From: Octopus bimaculoides
Taxonomy: Eukaryota
Direction: 5' to 3'
DNA length: 64,000 bases
Assembly: GCF_001194135.2 (NCBI RefSeq)
Contig: NC_068983.1
Location: 20,722,030-20,786,029, forward strand
Below, piece after piece: positions 49,791 through 63,817 of the stretch. A program made the translations under genes and the position numbers. The notes beneath the pieces were generated by a model. That model worked only from the letters and a program-made list of their open reading frames with translations, made no database searches and was not told the DNA's origin. The stretch's first letter is position 1. The number at the start of each line of letters is the position of its first letter.

Positions 49791-50787
49791 ATTCAGCATG
49801 TTAATACATAAAACTTTCTTAGTAGTTCTTCTATTACATAGAACAAGCTTCGTGGTGTTTGCGATTTTAGTTGAAAGTAGTAAATGAACGAATTTGAAGT
49901 ATGACTTTCACAAGATCATGAAGGTATATTTATTCCCTCGCTGAAAATTCTTTCGGAATCAATTCCGCCATTTGTCTGCAGATTGTTGCATCATTCTCAT
50001 GATACTATGCAGCATTACGAATTATGATCTACAGGTAACGCATTGATCGTGACTTTGCAAGATACACAGAACCCTCTCAGGTTCTGTGTATCTTGGACTG
50101 TAATATGTTAGACAGCTGACTCTAAAACTCTTTCTTAATTTCCAGCTCTAATTTCCATGGGGTTATGTTGCATTGACGTCTATGCTGATGTCGTTTTGAC
50201 AATATCAATCTCTTCGTTCGTCTTTGGAGCTTTATATTTCAGTAAAGCCAGTGAGGGTGGCGGCTCATGTAAAGGAAGACAGTGTCTGAGAGAAGGTCTT
50301 ATTGTAATTATTAAAATTATTTAAATGAGAACCCTCTGCTTCTTCAAATTGGTGTATCCCATTTCCAAGTTTTATCTTCAACTATGCCTATATTACATAC
50401 ATTATACCATATAATATGATGATCAAATTTGTTGAAAACCCCAACCGTCGGTTGAACGGCAGCTCCTTGCTTGAGTAGAAACTGAGTTTAGAACTACTTA
50501 GTAAGGAATTTTCCATTAAGAATATTTGAATGACTATTAATGAAATGTGAAATCACAGAAATAGTTCTGTGATTTTTATCATCTGCTTTAATTACTCCGT
50601 TATGGATAGGACATACGTCTGCCTTTAAATTATGAGACAGCTTACTATATGGCATTCGCTGTATGTTTTCCACCAAATCACTAGTGTATATATTATTTAT
50701 ATATANNNNNNNNNNNNNNNNNNNNNNNNNNNNNNNNNNNNNNNNNNNNNNNNNNNNNNNNNNNNNNNNNNNNNNNNNNNATACATC

Positions 50788-50834
<47 letters not shown>

Positions 50835-51320
50835 ACAAATACGTACATACACATGTGTGCGCGCGCGTGTGTATTCTTAATGGAGACCCGCTGGGAGACC
50901 AGTTTTCTGCTTCACATTATTATGCTACTGACGCCACTGGTCGAAGATTGAATGTCTAAGTTTTTTCTGAATTTGCTCTTTTTCCTTCCCCCACATTTTT
51001 CAAGACTGATCATCTCGCTCCATTTCTCCCTTTCCTGCTGTCGCCCTCTCTCACTCCGCGTGTTTGTGTGTGTGTGTAGATAGATAGTTTCATTCAGTTT
51101 ACGAACGAGAATGAAGGAAAGGTTTCTCTCATGCACATTCACACACGCAAGGCTTTGGTTAGCATGGGACTATGATAGGAGATATTCACCTATGATAGGA
51201 GATGTCACACAATGGAAATGGACCCGGAAGTATATGGCCGAGAAGGAAACTTCGAATCACACAGTCACACCACCGAATTATATGTGTGTATATGTGTATG
51301 TACATGCATGTGTATATGTG

Positions 51321-51369
<49 letters not shown>

Positions 51370-51794
51370 CGAATGTGTGTATCCAAGGTAAAATTGCTAC
51401 ATATTGTGCCGCTCAGTCTGCGCCAGTTATACCATGGACCCGCAGATAGTTTTGCAGGACACTAGGAGCAAGTAAACATCTCTTTAACTCAGCATTGATT
51501 GCTCTAGAAACCAATTGAATTAAACAAAATAATTTATTTCGGTATAATCTATTTGAAAAACAAAAAATTACGCGAAGGTACTTCTAATAACTTGGGCTAG
51601 ATCTTCTTCGTCCCTTCCATATCTCTACATATATATGTGCATCGGTACGTGTACGTGAGTCTGTGTAAATGTGTGTATCTGTGTGTGTATCAACGTATAA
51701 TCATCATTATGAAATTTATGTATACATTCTATTTGTATGTATATTCATGTTATTGTACGAAATGAATTTTTTTCTGTCCGTGGTCAGCACGTTA

Positions 51795-52438
51795 TATAAC
51801 CATGACACTTGCATGAAATTTTGTGTACATTACTCTTGGAACCTCAGAAGGGTCTGCACATAACCATCTGTCACTTATTCTGTTAGTTTTCTGGTCCTGG
51901 TCAAAAAATTTATCATCTGGGAAAAAACAAATCACACCATTTTCTGATGGATTTTTAAGTTTGTTCAAAAGTCTTTCGGGTTTGATTAAGCGGTTTTCCT
52001 CTTTCTTTTTTTTTTTTTATTAATGAATTGACCTCTCTTCACGTATGATTTGTATTTGATATCTTCATGCATAACATTTCTGATTGTTTTTTCTGAAACA
52101 CGAATTCTTTTTGAAATTGACCTCATGGATTTTCCTGGATTGTCTTCAATGTTTTGCATAACTACCTGAATAAATTCATGTATCATGATAGCTAATGCGT
52201 TACCATCTTCTTTCTCTAACTCACACCGAATCTTGTCGACAAAAGATCTTGCAGCTTTCAAAAAACGATTAATTTCTAAATCACCATAGTTGACCTTCAA
52301 AGCCACATTCACAGCATGCCTTCTAATTTCATTAGTAAGCATATGGTCTGTCATTGTTATTTTCTGAAATAGAAGTTTAATAAAAAAAATAGTCAAATAA
52401 AATAATGACTATTGTCCTCAACTACCATCCGCACCTTG
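51795..52438 (-). pseudogene. Degenerate maT (DD37D-type) Tc1/mariner transposase, 5' half
   Basis: From ATG 52354: RRHAVNVALK...DLEINRFLK..RSFVDKIR...GKSMRSISKRIRVSEKTIRNVMHEDIKYKSY..RGQF; frameshift at T13 (52006-52018); then ENRLIKPERLLNKLK...CFFPDDKFFDQDQKTNRISDRWLCADPSEVPRVMYTKFHASVMV. Possible TIR end TA|CAAGGTGCGG at 52438. Family assignment is from remembered motifs. Confidence 0.85.
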
Positions 52439-52605
52439 TATACTGTGTGGGTATATTTGTGTTATTAAATAAAATCGCACCTTTCATGATTATATGTTTT
52501 TGTTACATTCAGTTCTGTTGCACAGATTCGTTCGTGGCCCGTGACTGAAACAAGTGAAGATAAGATATCGCAGTCACTGCTCTTCTCTCTTTCTGTCTAT
52601 CTCTG

Positions 52606-52682
<77 letters not shown>

Positions 52683-53133
52683 CTCACACACGCACGTGCA
52701 CACAATTTGACTCTCCTTCCCCACTCTATCTTTCTATTTTTCAGAGTTTCATTATTATCTCTAACTCACTGTCCCTAAATAGCTTTAATATCAATACTAA
52801 TTTATTTTCATCCTTATTTTAATACATCATCTTTCTTCCATTTTTTTTCTTTCTTGTTCACTAATCTTAAGCTGTCAACTCGGAATTCTACCATTGTCCT
52901 CCAAATTTTGTACTTTTACTCCTGTTCTTCTGTGTAGGCATTTCATATGCACACGCTTACTCATTCACTCACTCAATCTTTATGTACATATTTATGAATC
53001 TCCTTCGGTTAACGATCTAAGTATCTGTCTGTCTGTCTATCTGTCTATTTATCTCTCTATCTGTGTGTCTCAGTTTCTCTCTCCTTCTCTCGCTCTTTCA
53101 CTCTCTCTCTCTCTCTATCTCTCTCTCTTACTG

Positions 53134-53177
<44 letters not shown>

Positions 53178-54333
53178 TGTGTGTGTGAGTCTGTGTATGC
53201 GTGTGTGTCAAGCACACATAATGTGTGTGAATCCCTGAAAGCAATACAATAAGTTGCCCTCCTACATGTGGAAGAGATTAATCTTGAATCACCTAATTGA
53301 ATCCCTGCTATACCTACTCTGTTGCTGCCAACTAGCATCATATTACAATTTATTTATCTCTAGGTGGCCAATGCAAATCCTGTTGTGAATGGCGAAATTC
53401 TGTCATCGAAAATTGAAATAACTTTCAGGAGAAATAATAATTCGAATGATGGCTTCACGTCTTCAGCCAATCCTTATACATATTCGTATACACAATCTCA
53501 GCTATACACATATACAGAGAAACCGATAATAGTGTGTATGTGTGTGTGGGGGGGGTTATGATAGCTAGATAAGCAGGCAAGCAGGCAGACGTGGCAGAAG
53601 ATGCAGTTAACTGAGTTGATGAAGTGGCATTATTGAGACCACGTTTTAACAATTCATTTTGTGCGAATGTACAACACGTGATGTAGACTTATATAATGTA
53701 CGTGTATATAGTTCGTCTCCCAGTCTGCCTTGTTGTCCATTGTTTTAAGGAGAAACCATCTGCTCATATCATTTAAAATCCTTCAACAACCGCGCTATCG
53801 CCTTAACAGATAAGGAAAGTGTTGAACAACATAGCAGTAGATATGCAAAAAGAGGCTGAAGAATAGCAACATAACTTGTTGCAGAAGTGGATTGCAATTT
53901 ACTGCTAAAAGTAGGAGAGCTTTGCATAATTTGTGATTGCTTAGCAGTATAAAGATAAAGTGGAGTTCAAATTACGATACACTTTATATAATATATGAAG
54001 AAATATTTCAGTTTATCATGTAAAACCTTCATTTACTTCGATGCTTTTCATTAAAGTGGTGTTTATCTAATTAAAAGCTCTGTATTGCATACAAATCCCA
54101 ATTATTTCACTTCAGAGCATTCGATAGCAATAATTACTCTCAAAGCGTTGCAAAGTGAAATAATGAAGTGTGGGATAAATATTCTTTTTTTATTTTACAA
54201 TGGTAGCGAATTATATATAGAGAGAATTATGTTTCAAATCTCATAGCAATTGATCGCTACTGATTCAGTTCTTTCGCAAGCGAGTTGTATTTTCTTGTCC
54301 TTTGGGATTGTCTAAGTAGTGGAGAAGTATCAC

Positions 54334-54378
54334 AAAGTTCAGAATGGTTGCATAGTTTCACGACATACGTAGTTAAAA

Positions 54379-54410
<32 letters not shown>

Positions 54411-54596
54411 GTAGGTAGGTAGGTAGGTAGGTAGGTAGGTAGGTAGGTAGGTGGGAAGGTAGGTTGATTGATCCAGTCATTTTGCGATTATGCTGTTGTG
54501 ATGTGCAATGATACGAAAAAAGTTCAGAGTGGTTGCATTGCTTCCCAAAATACGTAAGAAAAAAAAGATAGATAGATAGAAAGATAGGAAAGTAGG

Positions 54597-54627
<31 letters not shown>

Positions 54628-54700
54628 GTTGGTAGGTAGGTATTTTGATTGATGCATTCATTTTGGGTTCGTAATGTTGTGAAGAGCAATGATACGAAAA
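54334..54700. repeat. Two-copy ~185-bp tandem duplication, each with (GATA)n(GGTA)n
   Basis: AAAGTTCAGA.TGGTTGCAT ... ATACGT ... TTGATTGAT.CA.TCATTTT ... GCAATGATACGAAAA at 54334-54518 and 54519-54700. Confidence 0.85.
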
Positions 54701-55147
54701 CTATCCTCGAAACTGTTAAATAAAGTCGCATAAGATGTATTCAAAGCAGATTTTTCATTCACATTTATTCGGAGAAAGTCTATCGCCTGCCGAAAGACCT
54801 TTCGCTTATTACACGCCTATGTTTCTGTCATTTCCTTTTCTTAAATCAGCTATTGTTTATTTGATGTTTAACTCTAATTTTAAATTTCTATAATAGCAGC
54901 AATTTATCAATTTACTTCGTGCCATGGTTCACTTACCACGAAAATCAATGACAATACTACATTCAAATTTTAAATTGACGGCGGTACACGTCGAAATTAC
55001 ACGATTTTTAAAGGTTCTTATTTCAAGGTTCGATGCATAAAATTATGAATTTTCACAATAATGTTAATGAATTCGATTGTATTCTATATCTTCCCATAGT
55101 TAAGACTGTTTAAAATCCAATGTTGAAACGTGTCTCATTGTGCGCGC

Positions 55148-55148
55148 A

Positions 55149-55187
<39 letters not shown>

Positions 55188-55199
55188 AGATATATTTAA

Positions 55200-55258
<59 letters not shown>

Positions 55259-55386
55259 TAGACAGACAGATAGATAGATAGATGCATTGTCGTAATCGCG
55301 CTTGGAACTTCGAATGCTGTCGTTGAAACGTCCGCAACGGTGGCCGTATATACAGAACAAATAATATATATGTGTGTTCATCATAA

Positions 55387-55458
<72 letters not shown>

Positions 55459-55498
55459 CCAAATATACATATGCGTGTGTGCGCGTATGTATTATATG

Positions 55499-55529
<31 letters not shown>

Positions 55530-55530
55530 C
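55148..55530. repeat. Cluster of (CA)n, (GACA)n, (GATA)n, (CT)n microsatellites
   Basis: Direct reading. Confidence 0.92.
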
Positions 55531-56956
55531 ATTACACTCACATATATGTTTTCATATATTGGCTCAGAAATTACATTTCTCTAAAATCCGTTGTGGAACA
55601 AAATGCGCTGATTATTTATGTCCTCATTCCAATCAAATGCTTTCTGACTTAACGAATATGTCACGATTCTTAATAATGTCTCTATTCATCAATCATTTCT
55701 TCTTTTGTGGATAATGTAAAATATCGGTATATTCCATTTTAATAGAAGTACTAATGCTTATTTAGAAAACGGTGTGACTACAATATATGATAGGAAGAGG
55801 CTATTAGACAATGTATTTTATTTTCTTTGAAAATATAGACGAATATCAAATACGATTCCTGTTGTATTTCAACACAGAACCTAGGAGAGAGAAAATAAAT
55901 ATTTTGACTACGTAGTGTGATGTTCCATTGTTTTCTCTGCTACTATAACCCCTCTACATTTCTATTAATTCCATGGTGACCACACTTTTGTTCACTTCTG
56001 TCTTTCATTAAAACACCACGCTTTACAAATCCCCTCACCACAAATAAAAATAAAATCAGATCATTTTAATCAAACAAGAAGCTAATTTTACACAATAGTT
56101 TATCTTCCATATTTGTTTGTACTATACTTTCTATATTTTTAAGGAAATGTCATGTATGTTTAGTTTGCCATGTGAAAATCTGGTTACCTTGAAGCTAACT
56201 AAAATAAAAGTAACTTATTAACAAATCCGAGATATAATGAATGCTGATGTAAGTAATTTAAATCTTTTCGGTTATTTAATTTTCCGTTAAATACTGTAAT
56301 ACAAGTTGTTTTTAGTTTCTGCCAATTAACCTGTATCGGAATTTCCATTAAACATCTTCAGCCTACTTGTTTTCATATTTATTATTCACTGTTAGTAAAC
56401 ATTTAGAATAACATGCATATGCATAGTCACCGCAGCATGAATGCCACAACCACATTCCGTTACAGTAACAGACACCTACATACGCGATCACTGTAGTGTT
56501 CACACGCTTTGTGTGTGTGTGTGTGTTTATGTTTAAATAAATATATTTACACGTAGGCCTGTATAGCGAAAGTATGATACACTAAGCACAAGGAAACGTA
56601 TACGTGAATGATAAACAGAACGGCTATAGCATTGAAAATTGTAACGTATGTGTATTCAATCAAATGTTAAGAAAGAGGAAGAGTTTTAATTGAGCGTATA
56701 TGCATATTCTGATCATGGTTGGTTGAGTTTTAATTACTTAGAGGACAAGTAATTTTTTCCTGCTTCAACTTAGCAAAATAGTATCGGTTGAGGGACGCTC
56801 TATGTTATATTTACTCAGTAATCTCTTTATGAACATATATTGTATTAAGTACCTGTAATCATGCGTATAGTGACCAGTTAATTACATTTTTGCTTATATA
56901 TTTTCATTAAAAATTACAGAAAATTCGGCACTATTCCTAGACGCTTAATCTACCCC

Positions 56957-57064
<108 letters not shown>

Positions 57065-57403
57065 TAATAAAAATATTTTAAAAGTCTTTTTACTGAAACT
57101 CGTGCAGACATTAAGTACGTACTCAAAGTTTACCAGTTTTATTAGCGAGCTAAGGTAATTGAACTGCTTCTAACTGGAAATTCAAGCCAAATAGTGACCG
57201 CCCGATCGGAACTTTACTTCTGTTGTACCGAGTACACTTCGCTTCTGAATTAACGGTCGATTTTTCGACACGACACGTAGGTGTTGTAGTTTGGAGAATG
57301 GAAAATAAGTAGTGTGGTATATTGACTTCCTCAGGTATAAGTTTAGTAAAACAATTCTAACTACAAAATTTCCAGAACTCGATATACCGGAAGCTTATTC
57401 ACT

Positions 57404-57623
57404 ATTATTGGTTTCAAATTCTCGCATAACGCCAGCAATTTCAAGGATGGGATAAGTCGATTAAGTCGACGCAAGTGCTCAACTGGTACTCATTTTATCT
57501 ACTCCGAAAGGATGATAGACAAAAGTCGACTTCAGCGGAATTTAAACTGAGAATGTGAAGACGGACGAAATGCCGCTAAGCATTTTGTTCGGTGTGCTAA
57601 TGATTCTGTCACCTCGCCACCTT
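57404..57623 (-). mobile_element. SINE group C
   Basis: AACTGGTACTCATTTTATC...CGAAAGGATG...AAAGTCGAC...GGAATTTAAACTGAGAATGT...GCCGCTAAGCATTTTG...CTCGCCACCTT. Confidence 0.85.
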
Positions 57624-58425
57624 CTGCGTGTATATTATTAGCAATGAATGACAAATGCTTTTAAAAATCTGAACGAACACAGACGGTTCTAGTTGTTGGT
57701 AGGGCTAATTTCCTTCCATCAATAATGCATTTCTATATTTTAAAAATGAAATTTCAATGCTCTGTCTCTATATGAGAAAATGATTTACTTTATTGTAAGA
57801 CAATGTTTTCCGTTATGTTTATTTTTTAATCTCTGAAATATTAGAATATGCGAAAATAAACGTTGGCAGTTATTTTTGACAAATGGATGGGATATGCACT
57901 TACCTAGACGTTACAATTTGTAAGCAGCTTACAGAATTCTCCTACTAGAATTCAGGCACCTGGAAAATATCATTAGAATATTTGTGTAGTTAAGGAAAAA
58001 GATAAAAAAGAGAAGGAACTAAAATTATTCTGATTCTGTGTCACAAAAAATTACTTTGCATAAAATTCAGCGTAATTTACGGTGACTTTCCAAAAGAAAA
58101 AAGTAGTTACTCTAAGGAATTCAATTCGTTTACGAAAGCGAGAATTCAGCAAAAATAGGTTATTGCAGGAAACATGAAAATGACCACAATCTAATCTATT
58201 CATTAGTTTCTGGATTCATGATCTGAATAATAGTAAGAATGAAGAAATGAAGTGGAAACTATATTTGTGAAAATAAGGCTGAAAAGTAAAATTGGAGACA
58301 AATTCAGTGAAATGAATGATATGAATACGATATTTCCGCTGTATCTCATTTATGAAAATTTGGTTGTTTCATTCTCCAAGAGCGAGATCCATTTTCTCGC
58401 CCATTTGAATCTATTGAGTTCTAGA

Positions 58426-58618
58426 TTAACCCATTAACATTCACATTCTTTTCACTTATCATGTATCATCTCGTAGCATCGAAATTTTGATCACGTGATT
58501 GTATATTTTTAAAATGACATTGTAGGGTTGGTGCGAGAGATGGGGTCTGGCTAATTTGAGCACAAAACAAATAAAGTATTTGGGTCGCATGTGGCCAGTT
58601 TAAACACTAAAGCTTTAA
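58426..58618. mobile_element. TTAA-flanked MITE-like repeat (piggyBac-like termini)
   Basis: TTAA at both ends with degenerate TIRs. Its right end reverse-complemented resembles 63136-63176 (TTAA...TTAAACTGG.CA...CCCAAA). It matches a common Octopus repeat as I remember it (unverified). Confidence 0.5.
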
Positions 58619-58716
58619 GAACAAGGCGCACTGAAACTATATTATTGCGTTCATATTTATCGACATCACGATTTTATTTCAAAGAGTAAAAAATATAAGG
58701 AAATAATCGACTAAAC

Positions 58717-59116
58717 TATTGCTTGTTTCAGTCATTTGACTTTGGCAACGCTAGAGCACCGCCTTTAATCGACCAAATCGACCCCAGGACTTATTCTTTG
58801 GAAGCCTAGTACTTATTCTATTGTTCTCTTTTGCCGAACCGCTAGATTACGGGGACTTAAACACACCAGTGTCAGTTGTCAAGCGATGCTGGGGGGGGGG
58901 ACAAACACAGATACACAAACATATACACACACATACATATATATATACATATATACGACGGGCTTCTTTCAGTTTCCGTCTACCAGATCCACACAAGGTT
59001 TTGGTCAGCCCGAGGCTATAGTAGAAGACACTTGCCTAAGGTGCCACGCAGTGGGATTGAACCCGGAACCATGTGGTTCGTAACAATCTGCTTACCACAC
59101 AGCCATTCCTACGCCT
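58717..59116 (-). mobile_element. SINE group B, full length
   Basis: Head AGGCGTAGGAATGGCTGTGTGGTAAG, centre GGCACCTTAGGCAAGTGTCTTCT, internal (TA/TG)n, conserved 3' half. Confidence 0.92.
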
Positions 59117-59763
59117 GTTAAGAAAACAAATATTGTTCTTCCAATATCCACCGTTCATCTCTCTAATTCCCTTTCTTCCACCCACCTTTCTCGCGATATC
59201 TTTATCCCTGTCAAACCTTGCATCTCCCTATTTTCAGTCGCAAAGTTCTAGTCAATTTGAAGGTATAATAGAAGGCATTCGCCTAAAATATCACGAAACG
59301 ATATCGAAACCGAAACTACATGTTTATGAAATAAAAATAAACTTCTTCACCATGCTGTTATGTATGTATTTTTCACAAAAGCATACGGACAAATACACAA
59401 ATAAACTCTGCTGCATACCTACGCATGAACGCACACTTATAAATGTAAATTGCCTGTGCTGTAAAGGAATGTATATTTGACGCCAGCTCACAACAACTTT
59501 ACTCAAACCCCATTTTATCTTTATGAAATGTTGGGTTGACAATTTGATGTTTACCTGTATTTGGATTATTAGTGGTTTTTAGTTAACTGTGATTTATTGA
59601 CACTTAAAATGCTTCTCAATTAATTTTTGAAGTATTGGTTAACTATTACTTGTTCAGGAGAAATATCAACAACATCGACCTCATCCGTCTCGGATGGTAC
59701 GCGTCCATACACACAACCTTTTCCACCAAATCACTCCCTTAAAATAAATTCATGTAAGTGTAA

Positions 59764-60085
59764 TAGGCGCAGTCGTGGCTGTGTGGTAAGAAACTTTCTT
59801 CTCAATCACATGTTTCCGGGTTCAGTTTCACTGAGTAGCATCTTGGTCGAGTGTCTTCTATATCCTGAGCCTTCCAAATCCTTGAGAGTGGATTTGGCAG
59901 ACGAAAGCTGTAAAATCTGTCATGTGTGTCTCACCACTACCTGACAACCGATGTTGGTATATTTACGTCCTTGTAAAATGACCGATAGAATAAGTACCAG
60001 GTTTAAAAAAGTGTACTGGGATCAATTCATTCGACTACAATTTCTTGAAAGTGGTGCCCCGAACATGTTCACAGTCGAATGTTTA
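59764..60085 (+). mobile_element. SINE group B, diverged, internal microsatellite nearly absent
   Basis: TAGGCGCAGTCGTGGCTGTGTGGTAAGAA ... GAGTGGATTTGGCAGACG ... GACAACCGATGTTGG ... GACCGATAGAATAAGTACCAGG. Confidence 0.85.
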
Positions 60086-60383
60086 AATCTAAAAAAAAAA
60101 AAAATTATGAAAATTATTAAATTAAGGTTATTATCATAAGAGTAACTATAAGAATAACAGCAAAACATTTACTTTTGTAGAGACATCTTTTTAAGCGGGA
60201 AGCCAAAATTTAAGGTGGCAGTGAAAAGAAATATTATTATAATGCAAAATACATTATGACCAAAACATTGAAATGTTTTATAAAATATACCTGCTGAGCA
60301 GCTGGTGTTTTAAAGATCTAGAGCTTGATGTTGAGTATAGTTCTGCATAGATAGATTGATCTGAGTAGAATAACAATGTCTAT

Positions 60384-60725
60384 GAGCAGGTGCGTAGCTC
60401 AGTGGTTAGAGTGCCAGGCTTACAATCATAATGTAGTGAGTCCCATTCCTGGACCGGGCTGTATGTTGTATTCTTGAGCAAGACATTTTATTTCACGTTG
60501 CTCCAGTTCACTCAGCTACAGAAATGTGTTGCGACGACACTGGTGCCTAGCTCTATCAGCCTTTTGATTTTCCTTGGATAACATTTGTGGCGTGGAGAGA
60601 GGAGGCGGGTATACATGGGAGACTGCTACTCTTCCACAAGCAAATTTGCCCGGACTTAAGTCTCGGAGAGTAACTATCTAATTGCAATCCAATGGACATT
60701 CATGATCAAACGGGGTCTTTACCAT
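60384..60725 (+). mobile_element. SINE with D-type head/CORE-like centre and a different 3' half
   Basis: GCGTAGCTCAGTGGTTAGAG (A box) and TTCTTGAGCAAGACATTTTATTTCACGTTGCTCCAGTTCACTCAGC as in D. The 3' half does not match the other D copies; right boundary is approximate. Confidence 0.7.
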
Positions 60726-62364
60726 TTGATGAACAGGTGTAAGGAATAGTTACGAGGTTATTGATTTTGAATGAGTTGCAGGCTTCGTTTCAGGTGGAAC
60801 GAAGTAACAAAGAGAGTAGGTATGCAACACTTGATATCCTGGTTAAGACGGGAGCAAACGGTGCACCTCAAGAAAAATCTCATGAACTGAGATCTTGATT
60901 GGATTCTCATTGATTAAATGCTTAATGCAGGCGTCTTACTTCTTTCTACCGTATCTATTCAACTTATTCTGCTAGGTAAAGTTGGAGTAATCAGCTTTCC
61001 CCTTCTTTCCTTACGAGAGAAACCGTTAGGTACAACTTCAGCGGGTGTCAAAAATCTTTGGACGAAGGGCGGTATTGTTCACGATATCATCAGGAATTAA
61101 AGACCATAGCAAACACCATCCCAATAAGATTAGCCATTGCAGGCGCCTCTGCCTGAGTAGAAGACGATCGCTTTTCTTAAGGATGAATGCAGCGATTTTG
61201 CCGGCCAGTCTTTTTGTACAGCTTACAATCTGTTGGGCATCATAGAAGATATTTTCCGGAACACCTCAAGTTGGTTTTGGCTATGAAAGCAACAGACACA
61301 GCATTAATCTGGCTGTAGATCAGGAAGGTGAATGTAACCTATGATAGCTCTAAGTAGATAAAAATCTAGGGTGTAATTATGATGCTTGGCAGCAGGATCG
61401 GGAGAGTGCTGGACAAAACGATTTGCCACATTTAGTTACACCCTTTTGCGCTTTAATTTCAAATCACGTCGACGGCTACTTTCCCTTTTACTCTATCGAC
61501 TTCTATAAAGGAAATACCAGTAAAATATAGTGCAGTCTTTATAATCAAGTATACTTTCTCCGAAATTAATGGATTTTTGTCTATTTTAGAAATCATAATT
61601 AAATGATTATTTAAACAGAAATGAATAAGAAGGGAAAAAAATGAGTTTTTCGAATTGGCTTTGTTCCATATGCAACGTATAACGCATAGCAAATTCGAAT
61701 AAAATCTTTATTAATTAATTGAAATAATTTCTTTAAGCAGCGGTACTAAATTAATGTAATCAATTTCATAATCTCATAATGATTTTTTTTAATGAACGAC
61801 TTGAATTTATCATAAATAATGAATTGGCTTGAAATGTTAAGATATGCAAATCTTTATTCACGTAATCAGTAAAGACGCATGGAACAAGTGAATTATATTA
61901 AACTGCGTCATAAATTAGTTTCCCACAGAATTATTGGTGTTTATCTTTGTGAAACAGGCTTCATTCCTCTCGCCAGAATGTCTTCATGTCTATTGAAGAT
62001 ATTATTGTTTAAATATTCATATAAATTTGAAAATATGTTTTTGTAGCGGAAACATCAACTATATTGCAGTATGGAATTGCTAGCATCAGTCGTACTGACT
62101 CGTTCATTTTATTTGATTCTAAGCACAAATCCTTTGGACATATTTAAGTTAAAGATATGGAGTATGTCGTATTTAAAATATACGATAGAGATTTTAAAAT
62201 AGACATGCTCTGATTGTATTGGTGATCATCCTCATTGGCAGTTATCTTGTTTTTGTTTCCCAGCACACGAAATATTTTACCATAGTGTATATAAATCTAT
62301 AAATTAAATAACTGTGCAGGCACTGTTAACTTTTAATAAAAGTTTGATGTACTGGAATGAAATA

Positions 62365-62366
<2 letters not shown>

Positions 62367-62443
<77 letters not shown>

Positions 62444-62450
62444 TACATAC
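62367..62450. repeat. (CA)n microsatellite
   Basis: Direct reading. Confidence 0.97.
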
Positions 62451-63474
62451 CGTTGCTATTATGAAAAAGTGACGTGAGTCCAAAACGTTTCTTTTTCAGA
62501 AAACGAAGAAGTAGTTTCACCATTCCATTTCTTTTTACATTGGAAACAGTTTCAGCTTAACAATAATACCTCGTTTGGTGCATAAAATCGTAACTCCATT
62601 CATGTATGATATTATCAGTCGGAAATATTTTTGCAGAACTGTCGTATGTGGAACTTAGTACAATTTTGAAAAATGCTAAACTTTTGTACTACACTTCGAC
62701 AATTTTCATCTGAAGGAGCTGGAGATACAATAGTTTGACAAAAAGAACCAGCTATTTCAAGCAAAATTAGCTATTGAAAGAGACACATTTGGTCAAATTT
62801 GGACATACGACAGTTTAGCATAATAGCAGCGATACATACATATATTTATGCATATTCTTGTTTAGCTCCAGCTCAGCTTCAATAATGTAAACTTAGAATA
62901 AAATGGGCCTCAACTTTGTCCACCCTATCATTTTCGTATATATAGCCTCATTATCTAGAGCATATTGCCACTTGCAGTTCATTACGATGTATTTGAGGCG
63001 AGATTAAGATACAAATTCCTGAAATCTCCGCGACCACGTAGTACATTTTCTTTATTCGATTTTAACATGCAACGATATACAGTTTATAGATTTAATATAA
63101 TATATACAGCATATATGTGTTTAATACTAGTTTTATTAACCATTTAAATGCTTAAACTGGACATGTCCGCCCAAACTTTTATAACCGTTGACTGCAGAAA
63201 GCAATATTGAAAAACAAACCTTTCTTTACGCTGCGAGAAACAGAGGCATTCACATTAAATCTTTTCACAAAAAAAAAAAAAAAACAATTTCTGAGATCTT
63301 AATTCTTTCATACATTTCATTGAATATCTCTTTACTGAGCAAGGCTCAAATGCTTTTAGCGGTGGGAATGAAAACTGCACCTACAGGTGATAATAAAAAG
63401 CTATTCGTGGATAATTATCGTCATTAATGGAATGACAATACGTTTAATTACGGAGGGATAGGTTTAATACTGTA

Positions 63475-63817
63475 TAAGCACAGGCGTGGTTGTGTTGTAA
63501 AAAGCTTGCTCCCCAACTACATAGTTCGGGTTCAGTCTCACTGCATGACACCTTGGGCCGTACCAAAGCCTTGTTAGTGGATTTGGTAGACGGAAACTGA
63601 AAGAAGCCCGTCGAATACATGGGGGAGTGTTTGTGCCTGTGGTTGTCCCCAAACAACTAATGGACAACCAGTGTGTTGACAAGGGAATCGGGTACCATAA
63701 GTACTAGGTTTTTAAGAAAACAAGTCCTGGGGGTGATTTATTTGACTAAAACCTTTCAAGGCAATGCCCCAGTATGGTCGCAATCAAATGTCTGAAGCAA
63801 GTAAAGGATAAAAGATA
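63475..63817 (+). mobile_element. SINE group B with internal deletions
   Basis: CAGGCGTGGTTGTGTTGTAAAAAGCTTGC ... GTGGATTTGGTAGACGGAAACTGAAAGAAGCCCGTCG ... CAAATGTCTGAAGCAAG. Confidence 0.85.

Noticed and set aside
53363-53561. Open frame VANANPVVNGEILSSKIEITF... after TTTATCTCTAG
   Set aside because: No donor before it runs into low-complexity sequence; no recognisable domain.
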